The position numbers and the translations under genes are program-made. Positions 1 through 7,844 of a DNA stretch of 64,000 nucleotides are shown here, piece by piece. Under the pieces are notes generated by a model, which was given only the letters and a program-made list of their open reading frames with translations, made no database searches and was not told where the DNA came from. How positions within the stretch are numbered: the stretch's first letter is position 1; each line of letters begins with the position of its first letter. This DNA comes from Candidatus Tagabacteria bacterium (GTDB lineage Bacteria > Patescibacteriota > Minisyncoccia > GCA-002779875): contig CAWGAO010000008.1 in NCBI GenBank assembly GCA_963820595.1, positions 9,857 through 73,856 of the forward strand, given 5' to 3'.

Positions 1-375
1 GCTCTGGGGAATCGACATCTTAACGGGATGGCTGAAACCCAAACTTAAAGCTAAGGCCGAACCTTCCTTTGTCGCGCGATAGCCGACTCCTTCGATTACA
101 AGGACTTTACTGAATCCTTTAGTAACGCCGTCAATCATATTGCGAACGTGAGAAGCGTAAGTTCCCCATAAAGAAACGGTCTCTTTGGCCCGTCTTATTT
201 TTTTTACCTTGTTTGGTTTCAAACTTATCATATCCGGGTTAACGGAAATGATAATGTCGTCTTTAAAATGCCGACTGGTTTCGCCAAGAGGACCTTTGAC
301 GGTCAATAATCCGTTTTCTATTTTTACGGAAACGCCCTCTGGAATCATGATTGGTTTTTTACCTAAACGCGACAT
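1..375 (-). CDS. rplF: 50S ribosomal protein L6, 3' end cut by window edge
   Basis: rc translation from ATG at 373-375 gives MSRLGKKPIMIPEGVSVKIENGLLTVKGPLGE..., typical L6 N-terminus; position downstream of rpsH. Confidence 0.85.
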   Translation of the reverse strand, partial: MSRLGKKPIMIPEGVSVKIENGLLTVKGPLGETSRHFKDDIIISVNPDMISLKPNKVKKIRRAKETVSLWGTYASHVRNMIDGVTKGFSKVLVIEGVGYRATKEGSALALSLGFSHPVKMSIPQS

Positions 376-573
376 GCCAAAATTATATGAACGTTAGTGA
401 ATAATAATTTTGAGCACCCGCCCAATTTTTTAACAACCCTATCAAACCGAAAAAGTCCAACATTTTGTTCCTATTCATTTTTTTATTTTTCATCATTGTT
501 ATCATAAAAATTTGGGCGGGTAAGGTTTTACAGTCGCGATTTGTCGCTTCGTTCCAAATCGCGAGTAAAGCCC
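376..573 (-). repeat. mosaic intergenic module: conserved leader box ending at rplF ATG, inverted arms (acccgcccaattttt / aaaatttgggcgggt), palindromic unit with GAACGAAGCGA loop next to rpsH stop
   Basis: repeated architecture seen ~20x in window; nested inverted repeats read directly. Confidence 0.7.
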
Positions 574-963
574 TTACCAAATCTTGCACAACACTTCGCC
601 TCCGACTTTTTCTTTAATTGCCTCTTTATTCGTCAAAAGACCTTTCGGCGTCGAAAGAATCGTCATACCGAAACCCTGCCTGATAGGTTTTATTTCTTTT
701 AGCGGCAGATAAACGCGGCACGAAGGTTTTGAAATGCGGGCGATATGGACAATCGCCGCTTTGCCATTTTCATCATAAGACAAAACCAGCTCGATTGTCT
801 TTTTATTCTTTTTTCCCCGCCGATTTATTTCTTTGATGTAATCGGTTCTTAAAAGAACCTTCGCAACCTCCATCTTTAATTTTGAATAAGGAATTACCAC
901 CGCTTCTTTTTTTACGGCTTGGGCATTTCTTATTTTTGTAAACATGTCGGCGATTGGGTCCAT
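574..963 (-). CDS. rpsH: 30S ribosomal protein S8
   Basis: ORF-track protein MDPIADMFTKIRNAQ... is canonical S8. Confidence 0.9.
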   Translation of the reverse strand: MDPIADMFTKIRNAQAVKKEAVVIPYSKLKMEVAKVLLRTDYIKEINRRGKKNKKTIELVLSYDENGKAAIVHIARISKPSCRVYLPLKEIKPIRQGFGMTILSTPKGLLTNKEAIKEKVGGEVLCKIW

Positions 964-1167
964 GCCAAAATTATATGAACGTTAGTGAATAATAATTTCG
1001 AGCACCCGCCCAAATTTTTGAATTTGTCTCTGCCGAATAAAAATATTCTGGTTGCCATTTTTCATATTTCATAAAATGTAAATCTTAAAGATAATTCAAA
1101 AACTTGTGGCGGGTAAGGTTTTACAGTCGCGATTTGTCGCTAACACTCCAAATCGCGGGCCAAGCCA
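964..1167 (-). repeat. mosaic intergenic module (leader box + covarying arms + palindromic unit)
   Basis: near-identical 50-nt leader to 376-427; arms cacccgcccaaattttt / caaaaacttgtggcgggt. Confidence 0.7.
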
Positions 1168-1353
1168 TTACCAGCTTGATTTCTTTACTCCAGGAATCCT
1201 GCCTTCGTTGGCGAATTCCCTGAAACAAATCCGGCACATGTCGAAATCGCGCATATAGCCTCTTTTTCTGCCGCAACGAAAACATCGCCGCACAACGCGG
1301 CTTTTGTATTTAGGCTTCTTTTGACTTCTTGCGATTACCGATGTCTTTGCCAT
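1168..1353 (-). CDS. rpsN: 30S ribosomal protein S14 type Z (zinc-binding, 61 aa)
   Basis: [33 protein letters not shown]...CRICFRE, CxxC..CxxC. Confidence 0.9.
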   Translation of the reverse strand: MAKTSVIARSQKKPKYKSRVVRRCFRCGRKRGYMRDFDMCRICFREFANEGRIPGVKKSSW

Positions 1354-1439
1354 TTTTGTTTACGAGTGCTAGCGAGTAATTACAAAAATGAGCACCCCGC
1401 TCAAATTTTGCCGCGCTAATCACTCATTATTAATAAATA

Positions 1440-1685
1440 AAGATAAATGTTGTTTATCTCTCGCCGCCTGCGCGTCCCGAACCCCGCTACTATAAATCCT
1501 TCGGATTTAAGTACGGGGCGAGTAGCTTTTAACTACTCTTGGGCGACCTGCCCCGTAGGGAACGCGAAGCGTTATCCTTCGGGGAGCGGGCGGCTATTGC
1601 GCTTCCTCGCAAAATTTGTGCGGGGTCGCCATGTTCTAGAATATAACGGATTCCAGTTATTTTTGCAACACTGACTGAATAAAAT
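1440..1685. repeat. GC-rich structured repeat, copy of family containing CTACGGGGCAGGTCGCCC core (other copy 58380-58560)
   Basis: ~200 nt alignable to rc of 58400-58560 with compensatory substitutions in stems. Confidence 0.5.
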
Positions 1686-1693
1686 TTAAAGAG

Positions 1694-1772
1694 CTTGACC
1701 CCGTTAGAGGCAAGACGCCTTTGGCGTCTGCCGCATTTTCAATGCGGGCCTCTAACGGGGTTGACAAATTTT
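1694..1772 (+). mobile_element. MITE-like palindromic element (ccccgttagagg...cctctaacgggg) ending in outward TTGACA
   Basis: terminal inverted repeats; family of >=7 copies in window. Confidence 0.5.
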
Positions 1773-1829
1773 CCAGTTATGATAGCATAAAATCGGCTTG
1801 AAAAATCAAAACAAAAGGAGGCAAAAACA

Positions 1830-2153
1830 ATGAAAAAGATTGGAAAGATTCTGTTGCTAATTGCAATATTAGCAGTTTATTTGAACTTCGGATGGATGAT
1901 GGGCGCATATTACGCCGACCACGGCTTACCTAAAGCCGAGCAAGGAGTAACCACTTTAGGCAAATTTATATGCGGGCCAAATGCCTGGATGTCTAACGAA
2001 AGCGGGTCTCGTCTCTCGTGGTGTGTTATGTCCTCAATCTGCTGGCCCTTTGGGATGGTTATCTGCGGAGTTAGCTGGATTGTTTACGGCATTTATTATC
2101 TCCTCTGGTTCATTTTTGCCGGCGGAATTGTCAAAACCCTCGGCCTCATCTAA
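1830..2153 (+). CDS. small membrane protein (107 aa), antisense orientation inside the ribosomal operon
   Basis: SD aaaaggagg 8 nt upstream of ATG; two to three hydrophobic helices; followed by hairpin terminator. Confidence 0.6.
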   Translation: MKKIGKILLLIAILAVYLNFGWMMGAYYADHGLPKAEQGVTTLGKFICGPNAWMSNESGSRLSWCVMSSICWPFGMVICGVSWIVYGIYYLLWFIFAGGIVKTLGLI

Positions 2154-2182
2154 ATTAAATTTGACCTAAACCTGATTTAGGT

Positions 2183-2217
2183 CATTAAAAGCCTGCGCTC
2201 AAAAAGCCGGGCTTTTT
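2183..2217 (+). terminator. rho-independent terminator (aaaaagccgggcttttttt)
   Basis: GC stem plus T-run directly after ORF 1830-2153. Confidence 0.6.
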
Positions 2218-2220
2218 TTA

Positions 2221-2413
2221 TGATTGATTTTCTTAGCGAGCGAAGCGAGTTTTGAAAATCATCACCCCCTCTTTTACACTCTCACTCTGTTGCTTCTTTT
2301 TACCATAAGAAATTTTTTGCTTCAAACGCCGTTTAAAATATCCTCGTCTTGTCGTTGTTAAAAGAGGGGGTTCTCAAAAAATATAGTCGTCCCTCGACTT
2401 CGCTCGGGACTCC
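2221..2413 (+). repeat. inverted (+ orientation) copy of mosaic module: palindromic unit (GAGCGAAGCGA loop), arms accccctcttttac / gttaaaagagggggt, leader-like GGTTCTCAAAAAATATAGTCG, second palindromic unit abutting rplE stop
   Basis: direct reading; same order of parts as + strand modules at 41971-42171 and 44245-44488. Confidence 0.65.
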
Positions 2414-2953
2414 TTATTTTTTGGAAAATGGAAATCCTAAAAGGCGAAAAAGTTCAAGGGCTTCTTTTTTTGTTTTTGCGCTGGTGACTATCGTCGCCTG
2501 AAAACCAAAAATCATTTTGATTTCTTCTTCTCCTATTTCCGGAAATATCGTGTGTTCCTTGATGCCGATGCTAAAATTCCCCGCCTCGTCAACGGCATCC
2601 GGATTCAATCCCCTGAAGTCGCCGATTCGAGGAATGGCGATGGCAATGAGTCTGTCCAAAAAATCGTACATTCTCTGACCGCGCAAGGTAACCGAGTAGC
2701 CGGCGAGAGCGCCTTGGCGGATTTTGAAAGACGCGATTGATTTTTTGGCCGGCCGTTTTGCCGGTTTCTGCCCGGCAATCAAAGCCAATTGCTTTTCGAT
2801 AACCTCAATCTGCTTTTCGTCTTTAATGGAACCGACGCCCGTATTAACGACGACTTTAACGATTTTGGGAACGGCCATATCGTTTTTATATCCGAATTTT
2901 TCTTTCATCTTCGGAACCGCTATTTTTTTGTATTTTTCCTTAAGCATTTGCAT
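2414..2953 (-). CDS. rplE: 50S ribosomal protein L5
   Basis: protein ...GQKPAKRPAKKSIASFKIRQGALAGYSVTLRGQRMYDFLDRL... canonical L5. Confidence 0.9.
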   Translation of the reverse strand: MQMLKEKYKKIAVPKMKEKFGYKNDMAVPKIVKVVVNTGVGSIKDEKQIEVIEKQLALIAGQKPAKRPAKKSIASFKIRQGALAGYSVTLRGQRMYDFLDRLIAIAIPRIGDFRGLNPDAVDEAGNFSIGIKEHTIFPEIGEEEIKMIFGFQATIVTSAKTKKEALELFRLLGFPFSKK

Positions 2954-3137
2954 AATAGATTTTTTGAATGAGCGAAGTGAATTTTAGAAAATCATCACCC
3001 CGCCCTCTAAGCACAAATAATTCCTTTTAATTTTATTTCTTACATTAAACATCATCTTCGTAATTTCTCCAATTCTTCACGCATAGAGGGCGGGGTTCTC
3101 AAAAAATATATTCACTTCGTTCATTATTTTTTGGAAC
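2954..3137. repeat. bidirectional module: leader-like box facing rplE ATG on - strand and a second leader-like box facing + strand, arms accccgccctctaagcac / gcatagagggcggggt
   Basis: ATTCACT-containing leader on both sides of the arm pair. Confidence 0.6.
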
Positions 3138-3166
3138 TTGACAAATCTTTTTTTAATTGCTATAAT
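3138..3166 (+). promoter_or_regulatory. consensus sigma70-type promoter TTGACA-17-TATAAT
   Basis: exact hexamers with 17-nt spacer, 45 nt upstream of SD-bearing ORF at 3215. Confidence 0.6.
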
Positions 3167-3214
3167 TAAATTAGCTTGAAAATTGAATAACTTTTATCAA
3201 AGGAGGTGGCTTAA

Positions 3215-3460
3215 ATGAAGGTTGTAATTCCAACGGGGGTCATTTTGACTATTATCGGCTTTCTGGCGTTCAGCGGATTGCCGAATATTTGGCAAAAGAT
3301 CGTTATGTGGCTGCTGGTCGCGGGAACTTTGGTTGGCATGGTCATGATGGGCCGGTATTGTTCTATTTTTTGCCGTCGCAATCATTGTTTGGCCGATTAC
3401 GGCTTCTCTGAAGTCCTGCGTTCCCAAGAAATAGTCCTTACGCTTCCTTCAAATATTTGA
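3215..3460 (+). CDS. small membrane protein (81 aa)
   Basis: SD aaaggagg then ATG; hydrophobic helices. Confidence 0.5.
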   Translation: MKVVIPTGVILTIIGFLAFSGLPNIWQKIVMWLLVAGTLVGMVMMGRYCSIFCRRNHCLADYGFSEVLRSQEIVLTLPSNI

Positions 3461-3754
3461 CCCGCACTTTTTGCAAACGCGGGTCTTATTTTTTCCAAGA
3501 ACCTTATAACCGGCCCGTCTCGGTTTGTTGCAGGTCGGACAAATCAACATCACATTCGAAGCCCTTAACGGCATCGGCACCTGGATTACCTGCCCCTTTT
3601 GACCTTGCTTTTTTGAACGGCTGTGCTTTTTCCTTATATTCACTCCCTCAACTACGACAACATCGCCTGTCGGGAAAACTTTAAGAACTTTCCCGGTTTT
3701 TCCACGATCTTTTCCTGAAATTGCCATTACATTATCATTTTTGCGAATTTTCAT
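3449..3754 (-). CDS. rplX: 50S ribosomal protein L24 with C-terminal Cys4 zinc-ribbon-like tail
   Basis: MKIRKNDNVMAISGKDRGKTGKVLKV... KOW motif; tail CPTC...CKKC. Confidence 0.85.
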   Translation of the reverse strand: MKIRKNDNVMAISGKDRGKTGKVLKVFPTGDVVVVEGVNIRKKHSRSKKQGQKGQVIQVPMPLRASNVMLICPTCNKPRRAGYKVLGKNKTRVCKKCGSNI

Positions 3755-3782
3755 AAATTATTAATGGAGAACAGTTCTCCAT

Positions 3783-4154
3783 CTAAACAACCTCCGGCGC
3801 TAAAGAAATAATTTTCGCGTATCCCCGTTCGCGAAGCTCTCTGGGCATGGGCCCAAAAATACGGCCTGCTTTCGGCTCCTGAGTTTTCGCCTCAAGAATT
3901 ATCACGGCATTATCGTCAAAACGCACATACGAACCGTCTTTTCTGCGGTAAGGCTGGCGCTGACGGCAAACTACCGCTCTAAGCACATCTTTTTTCTTCA
4001 CTGCCTTTCTCGGCTCCGCGGATTTCACGGAAACAACCACAATGTCGCCTATGCGGGCATATCGCCTGCGGCTTCCGCCCGGCACTTTAATAACCTGCAC
4101 GAGTTTTGCCCCGCTGTTATCGGCAACACCTACCATTGAACGAGTTTGAATCAT
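3783..4154 (-). CDS. rplN: 50S ribosomal protein L14
   Basis: [24 protein letters not shown]... canonical L14. Confidence 0.9.
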   Translation of the reverse strand: MIQTRSMVGVADNSGAKLVQVIKVPGGSRRRYARIGDIVVVSVKSAEPRKAVKKKDVLRAVVCRQRQPYRRKDGSYVRFDDNAVIILEAKTQEPKAGRIFGPMPRELRERGYAKIISLAPEVV

Positions 4155-4341
4155 GCCAAAATTATATGAACATTAGCGAATAATAATTTTGCGCACCGAG
4201 CACATAATTTATAGCAACCTTTTTATTAAGATGTTCGAAATTTTTACTAAATCTTTTTTTGAAACTTCACTAAATTTTTCATAAAATTATGTGCTCGGTA
4301 AAGGTTTGGCGCCTATATTTTCTCGTCTAAAACTCGAAAAT
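4155..4341 (-). repeat. mosaic intergenic module (leader box ending at rplN ATG; arms accgagcacataatttat / ataaaattatgtgctcggt; hairpin)
   Basis: arm sequence differs from other copies but the two arms still match each other. Confidence 0.65.
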
Positions 4342-4573
4342 CTAGGCCAATCCCTTTACTTCCCAATGCTTGCCTCTCGACCTTGGTTTTGTTTCCTGAA
4401 TTATCACTTTATCGCCGACCTTATACTCGTTTTTCTCATCGTGCGCCTTATAGCGTTTGCTTGCTTTTCATATATTTTCCGTAAAGAGGATGTTTTGTAT
4501 AGCGCTACACCTCAACGACAACCGTTTTTGCCATTTTATCGGAAACAACAACTCCTTTTAATTTCTTTGCCAT
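4342..4573 (-). pseudogene. rpsQ: 30S ribosomal protein S17, reading frame broken by an in-frame TAG and one frameshift (probably sequence error)
   Basis: rc translation MAKKLKGVVVSDKMAKTVVVEV*RYTKHPLYGKY...; after a 1-nt shift ...[32 protein letters not shown]; expected gene-order position between rpmC and rplN. Confidence 0.7.
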
Positions 4574-4673
4574 ATGATTGATTTTCTTAATGAGCGAAGC
4601 GAGTTTTGAAAATCATCACCCCCTTCTTTTCGCGCAAGCGCGCAAAAGGAGGGGGTTAAGAAAAACATAATCG
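4574..4673 (-). repeat. mosaic module, leader variant containing a palindromic unit (rc GAGCGAAGCGA loop) ending at rpsQ ATG
   Basis: arms aaccccctccttttgcgcgc / gcgcgaaaagaagggggtg. Confidence 0.6.
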
Positions 4674-4862
4674 CTATCGCTCTTTGTTTTTCATTAAAGT
4701 TATAATTCTCGCGATATCTTTTTTTATTTCACGGGCGGCTTTCGTATTTTTGATTTTGCCATGCCCCATCTCAAAACGGAATTTTCTCAAAGCCTCACGC
4801 TTGTCTTTTAGAAGAGCAGCAAGCTCAATTTCGGTTTTTTCTCTTAATTCTTTTATTTTCAT
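4674..4862 (-). CDS. rpmC: 50S ribosomal protein L29
   Basis: MKIKELREKTEIELAALLKDKREALRKFRFE... Confidence 0.85.
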   Translation of the reverse strand: MKIKELREKTEIELAALLKDKREALRKFRFEMGHGKIKNTKAAREIKKDIARIITLMKNKER

Positions 4863-5047
4863 GCCATAATTATATGAACGCTAGTGAATAATAATTTTCG
4901 CACCCCGCCTCTAACGCTTGCGCTCTTTTTATTAAATGATTATCTTGATATTTGCTTCATAATTTTTGTTTAAATTCGTGATAGAGGGCGGGTAAAGGTT
5001 TGGCAACAGAATTTTTCGCCTACGGCTCAAAATTCTGTCCAATTCGC
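4863..5047 (-). repeat. mosaic intergenic module (leader box at rpmC ATG; arms caccccgcctctaacgc / gatagagggcgggt; 3' hairpin)
   Basis: direct reading. Confidence 0.65.
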
Positions 5048-5467
5048 TTAATCTCTCGCAATGATTTTTGTTTTAATGGGAAGTTTTGCCGCGGCTTTTC
5101 GAAGGGCTTCGCGAGCTAAATTTTCCGGAATGCCGTCGATTTCAAAAAGCATCCGTCCCGGCTTAACCGGAACGACATAGCCAGCCGGGTCGCCTTTTCC
5201 GCCGCCCATAGTTACTTCCGGCGGCCGCTGGGTAATGGGTTTGTCCGGGAAAATGCGAATCCACATTCTTCCGCTTTTCTGGACGTAGCGAGTCATAACT
5301 TTTCGAACTGCCTCAATTTGCTGGCTGGTAATCCATTTTTCGCCTTCCGACTTAAGCCCGAAAGAGCCAAAAGCAAGAGTGGTCCCCCGGGTTGCCACTG
5401 TCGGCTTTGCGCGATTTGTCCTCCCGCGCTGCCATTTTCTGTATTTTACTTTCTTTGGATACAGCAT
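5048..5467 (-). CDS. rplP: 50S ribosomal protein L16 (start taken at MLYPKKVKYRK)
   Basis: ...KYRKWQRGRTNRAKPTVATRGTTLAFGSFGLK... canonical L16. Confidence 0.85.
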   Translation of the reverse strand: MLYPKKVKYRKWQRGRTNRAKPTVATRGTTLAFGSFGLKSEGEKWITSQQIEAVRKVMTRYVQKSGRMWIRIFPDKPITQRPPEVTMGGGKGDPAGYVVPVKPGRMLFEIDGIPENLAREALRKAAAKLPIKTKIIARD

Positions 5468-5621
5468 AAATACAAACTTTAGATTAGCAAAATAACCCTT
5501 ATCGCGCAAGCCCCATACATTCGTATGCGTTACGAGGTAAGTCCGTGTTTGCTTTTCTCGGATTTTCGTAGTAAAGATAAGAGAGAAAACTTCTTTTAAA
5601 AAACGGACGGAGGATACGTTA

Positions 5622-6176
5622 TTGTCCAGACATTATGAAAATAAAAAAAGACTCCGCCATTCTCGCAACCGCGGGGAAAAATACGATTCTCATCATCCTT
5701 ATCCGAATTCCAGGACGAAAAAAGGAGATTTTGGAAAATTCGAAGAGCTCCTTTGCTCATTAGAACTGAATACCCTGAAGAAAAAACACAGAGCCTGGCA
5801 CCAATTATTTCTCAATTTTTTTCCCGAAGAAGTGATTTTGGCGATAAAAAAAGCTTTCAGGGCGGGGAAAAAGACTCCTCCCGAAATAATCTCTTTTATC
5901 AAGACTACTCTCGGCCACAGCCAAACTCCGATTGAAGCGACCAAGGCGGATCTGGAAGCCTGGTCCAAGATATTCGGCGCTCGCCAAAACCCGGATAAAA
6001 TTAAGAAAATCATTTTTGAAAACTGGACTTATCCCGACGTCAGAACCATTATCACTAACGGCAAAATTACCAGCGTACTGGTCTTTCTCCCTCGCATACC
6101 AAAAGACCTTGAAATCAGCGTCATCGTTTCCAAAAAAAGCGCGCATTTAAAAATCAGCGAAAAAATTAAAACTTGA
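5622..6176 (+). CDS. hypothetical protein (184 aa), TTG start with SD ggacggagg
   Basis: best-supported ORF among overlapping candidates; no recognisable domain. Confidence 0.4.
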   Translation: MSRHYENKKRLRHSRNRGEKYDSHHPYPNSRTKKGDFGKFEELLCSLELNTLKKKHRAWHQLFLNFFPEEVILAIKKAFRAGKKTPPEIISFIKTTLGHSQTPIEATKADLEAWSKIFGARQNPDKIKKIIFENWTYPDVRTIITNGKITSVLVFLPRIPKDLEISVIVSKKSAHLKISEKIKT

Positions 6177-6223
6177 TAAAGTTTTAAAAAAGAGCGGCCA
6201 ACCATTGAGACGCTCTTTTCTAT

Positions 6224-6598
6224 TTATATCTTTTTCTCTTTCTCCCATTTTTTTTCAAGGCGGGCGATTGCCGCTTCGCCGAATCCGAAATGATGGCCGA
6301 TTTCGTGCCAAACCACTCTGCGGACCATCCGCCTCAATTCTTCAATATCGTGAACGCTCTTTTCGATTGTTGTTTTATAAATAGTGATTTTATCGGGCAA
6401 AACCATATAATAATTCACTCCACGCTGTGTTTGAGGAATACCATGGTAAAGCCCGAGAAGATTTCTTCCCGGCGCTTCGCCTTCTTCCAAAACTATCGCC
6501 ACATTTTTCATTTTCTTCCGAATGGATTTCGGCAACGCTTCCACCGCCTCAACAACTAATTTTTCGAATTCGTCTTTATCCATAAAATCAATCGGCAT
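6224..6598 (-). CDS. zincin-like metallopeptidase family protein (HEIGHHFG motif)
   Basis: WHEIGHHFGFGE motif near C-terminus, ~124 aa, resembles the small 'possible zinc metallopeptidase' family. Confidence 0.6.
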   Translation of the reverse strand: MPIDFMDKDEFEKLVVEAVEALPKSIRKKMKNVAIVLEEGEAPGRNLLGLYHGIPQTQRGVNYYMVLPDKITIYKTTIEKSVHDIEELRRMVRRVVWHEIGHHFGFGEAAIARLEKKWEKEKKI

Positions 6599-6646
6599 AA
6601 TTTTATAGAGAAATTATACTAAATAGTTTAGAATATTAACATTGCC

Positions 6647-7820
6647 ATGTTTGGACTTATTCAACAACTTTTTATAAAAATCGTGTCGGCTATAGCGGGT
6701 CTTATTATCGCCGTCGGCATTGTTCAGATGCCGACTTATGTTTCAGAATACAAAACACCTCCCCATAACAATGCACCCGAAAACATAGCAACGCGGGAAA
6801 TTACGCCGACATCGCAAAAAAGCGGAAAATAATAATTTTGTTCTCCCAAACGAAAATATTTCCCGCCGCCTCGACTACATCTTCTGTTCCGAACAAACGC
6901 AAAAGACAACGCCGGCCGCGCCAGCCGCGCCGACTATTTCCCTAACCGAACTGAATAAACAAGCCAGAAAAACCATTGTTAATATTATTTGCACCAATAA
7001 GGCCGGCGGGCCATTTAATCCGATAACGGGAAGCGGAGTTATCATCAGCCCTAAAGGAGTGATTTTGACTAACGCCCACATCGGCCAGTATTTTCTTTTG
7101 GAAAATTCGCCGGAAGCGGGATATCTGGATTGCACCATCCGCAACGGCGACATCGCCCAGCCTGCTTACGACGCCAAACTTATTTACATTCCTTCTGCTT
7201 GGATTGAAGAAAATGCCGCCAACATTATTCAAGAGGAACCGAAAGGAACAGGAAAAAATGATTACGCTTTCCTACTCATCACCAAATCCATTATCGAAGA
7301 AAAAGAGCTCCCTGCCTCGCCGGCAGGCGGGCCGCCGACTTTCGATTTCACCGAACCGAATTTTGATTTCAATGTCCTTCCTTTTAATTTCCAGGTTCTT
7401 TTAGCGAGCTATCCCGCCGGCTTTATCGGCGGCATCGAAATCCAGAAAGATCTCGGCCTTACATCAACTTTCGCGCCCGTAATCGACTTCTACACTTTCG
7501 CGACGACCGGGCCGGCGACTCTTGACCTGTTTTCGCTCGGCGGAAACATCGTCGCCCAAGGCGGCTCATCCGGCGGCGCGGTCGTAGATACGAGAGACGG
7601 AAAACTGCTTGGGATAATAACGACCTCGAGCGATGCGACGACGACCGCCGGCCGCGTTTTAAACGCCATCACCGTGCCCTATATCAGGCATACTTTTGAA
7701 AAATATACGGGAGACAGTCTTTCTTACTTTATAGACGACCCTGAAACATACGATGTTTTGCCTTCCGCCGAATTCAATCGCATCAAACAGCTTTTAATCG
7801 ACCAGTTGAATAAACTTTAG
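6647..7820 (+). CDS. membrane-anchored trypsin-like serine protease, apparent frameshift near 6790-6830
   Basis: N-terminal signal anchor ORF; after a frame change ...GVILTNAHI... and ...GGSSGGAVVD... (GDSGG-like active-site region). Confidence 0.6.
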
Positions 7821-7844
7821 CAATTAGCAATTAATTTTTCGGGA

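Noticed and set aside
1447-1674. 75-aa + strand ORF
   Set aside because: Coincides with the GC-rich structured repeat. No SD; composition unlike neighbouring genes.
4342-4573. TAG reassignment (alternative genetic code)
   Set aside because: Single instance at a conserved Glu codon. All other genes use TAG/TAA/TGA as stops consistently.
4291-4581. 96-aa + strand ORF
   Set aside because: Antisense to rpsQ (S17), which is recovered on the - strand after correcting one stop and one frameshift.
5699-6146. Two overlapping - strand ORFs (104 and 113 aa)
   Set aside because: Overlap the + strand ORF 5622-6176, which has an SD and more protein-like composition. Kept only the + strand call, at low confidence.
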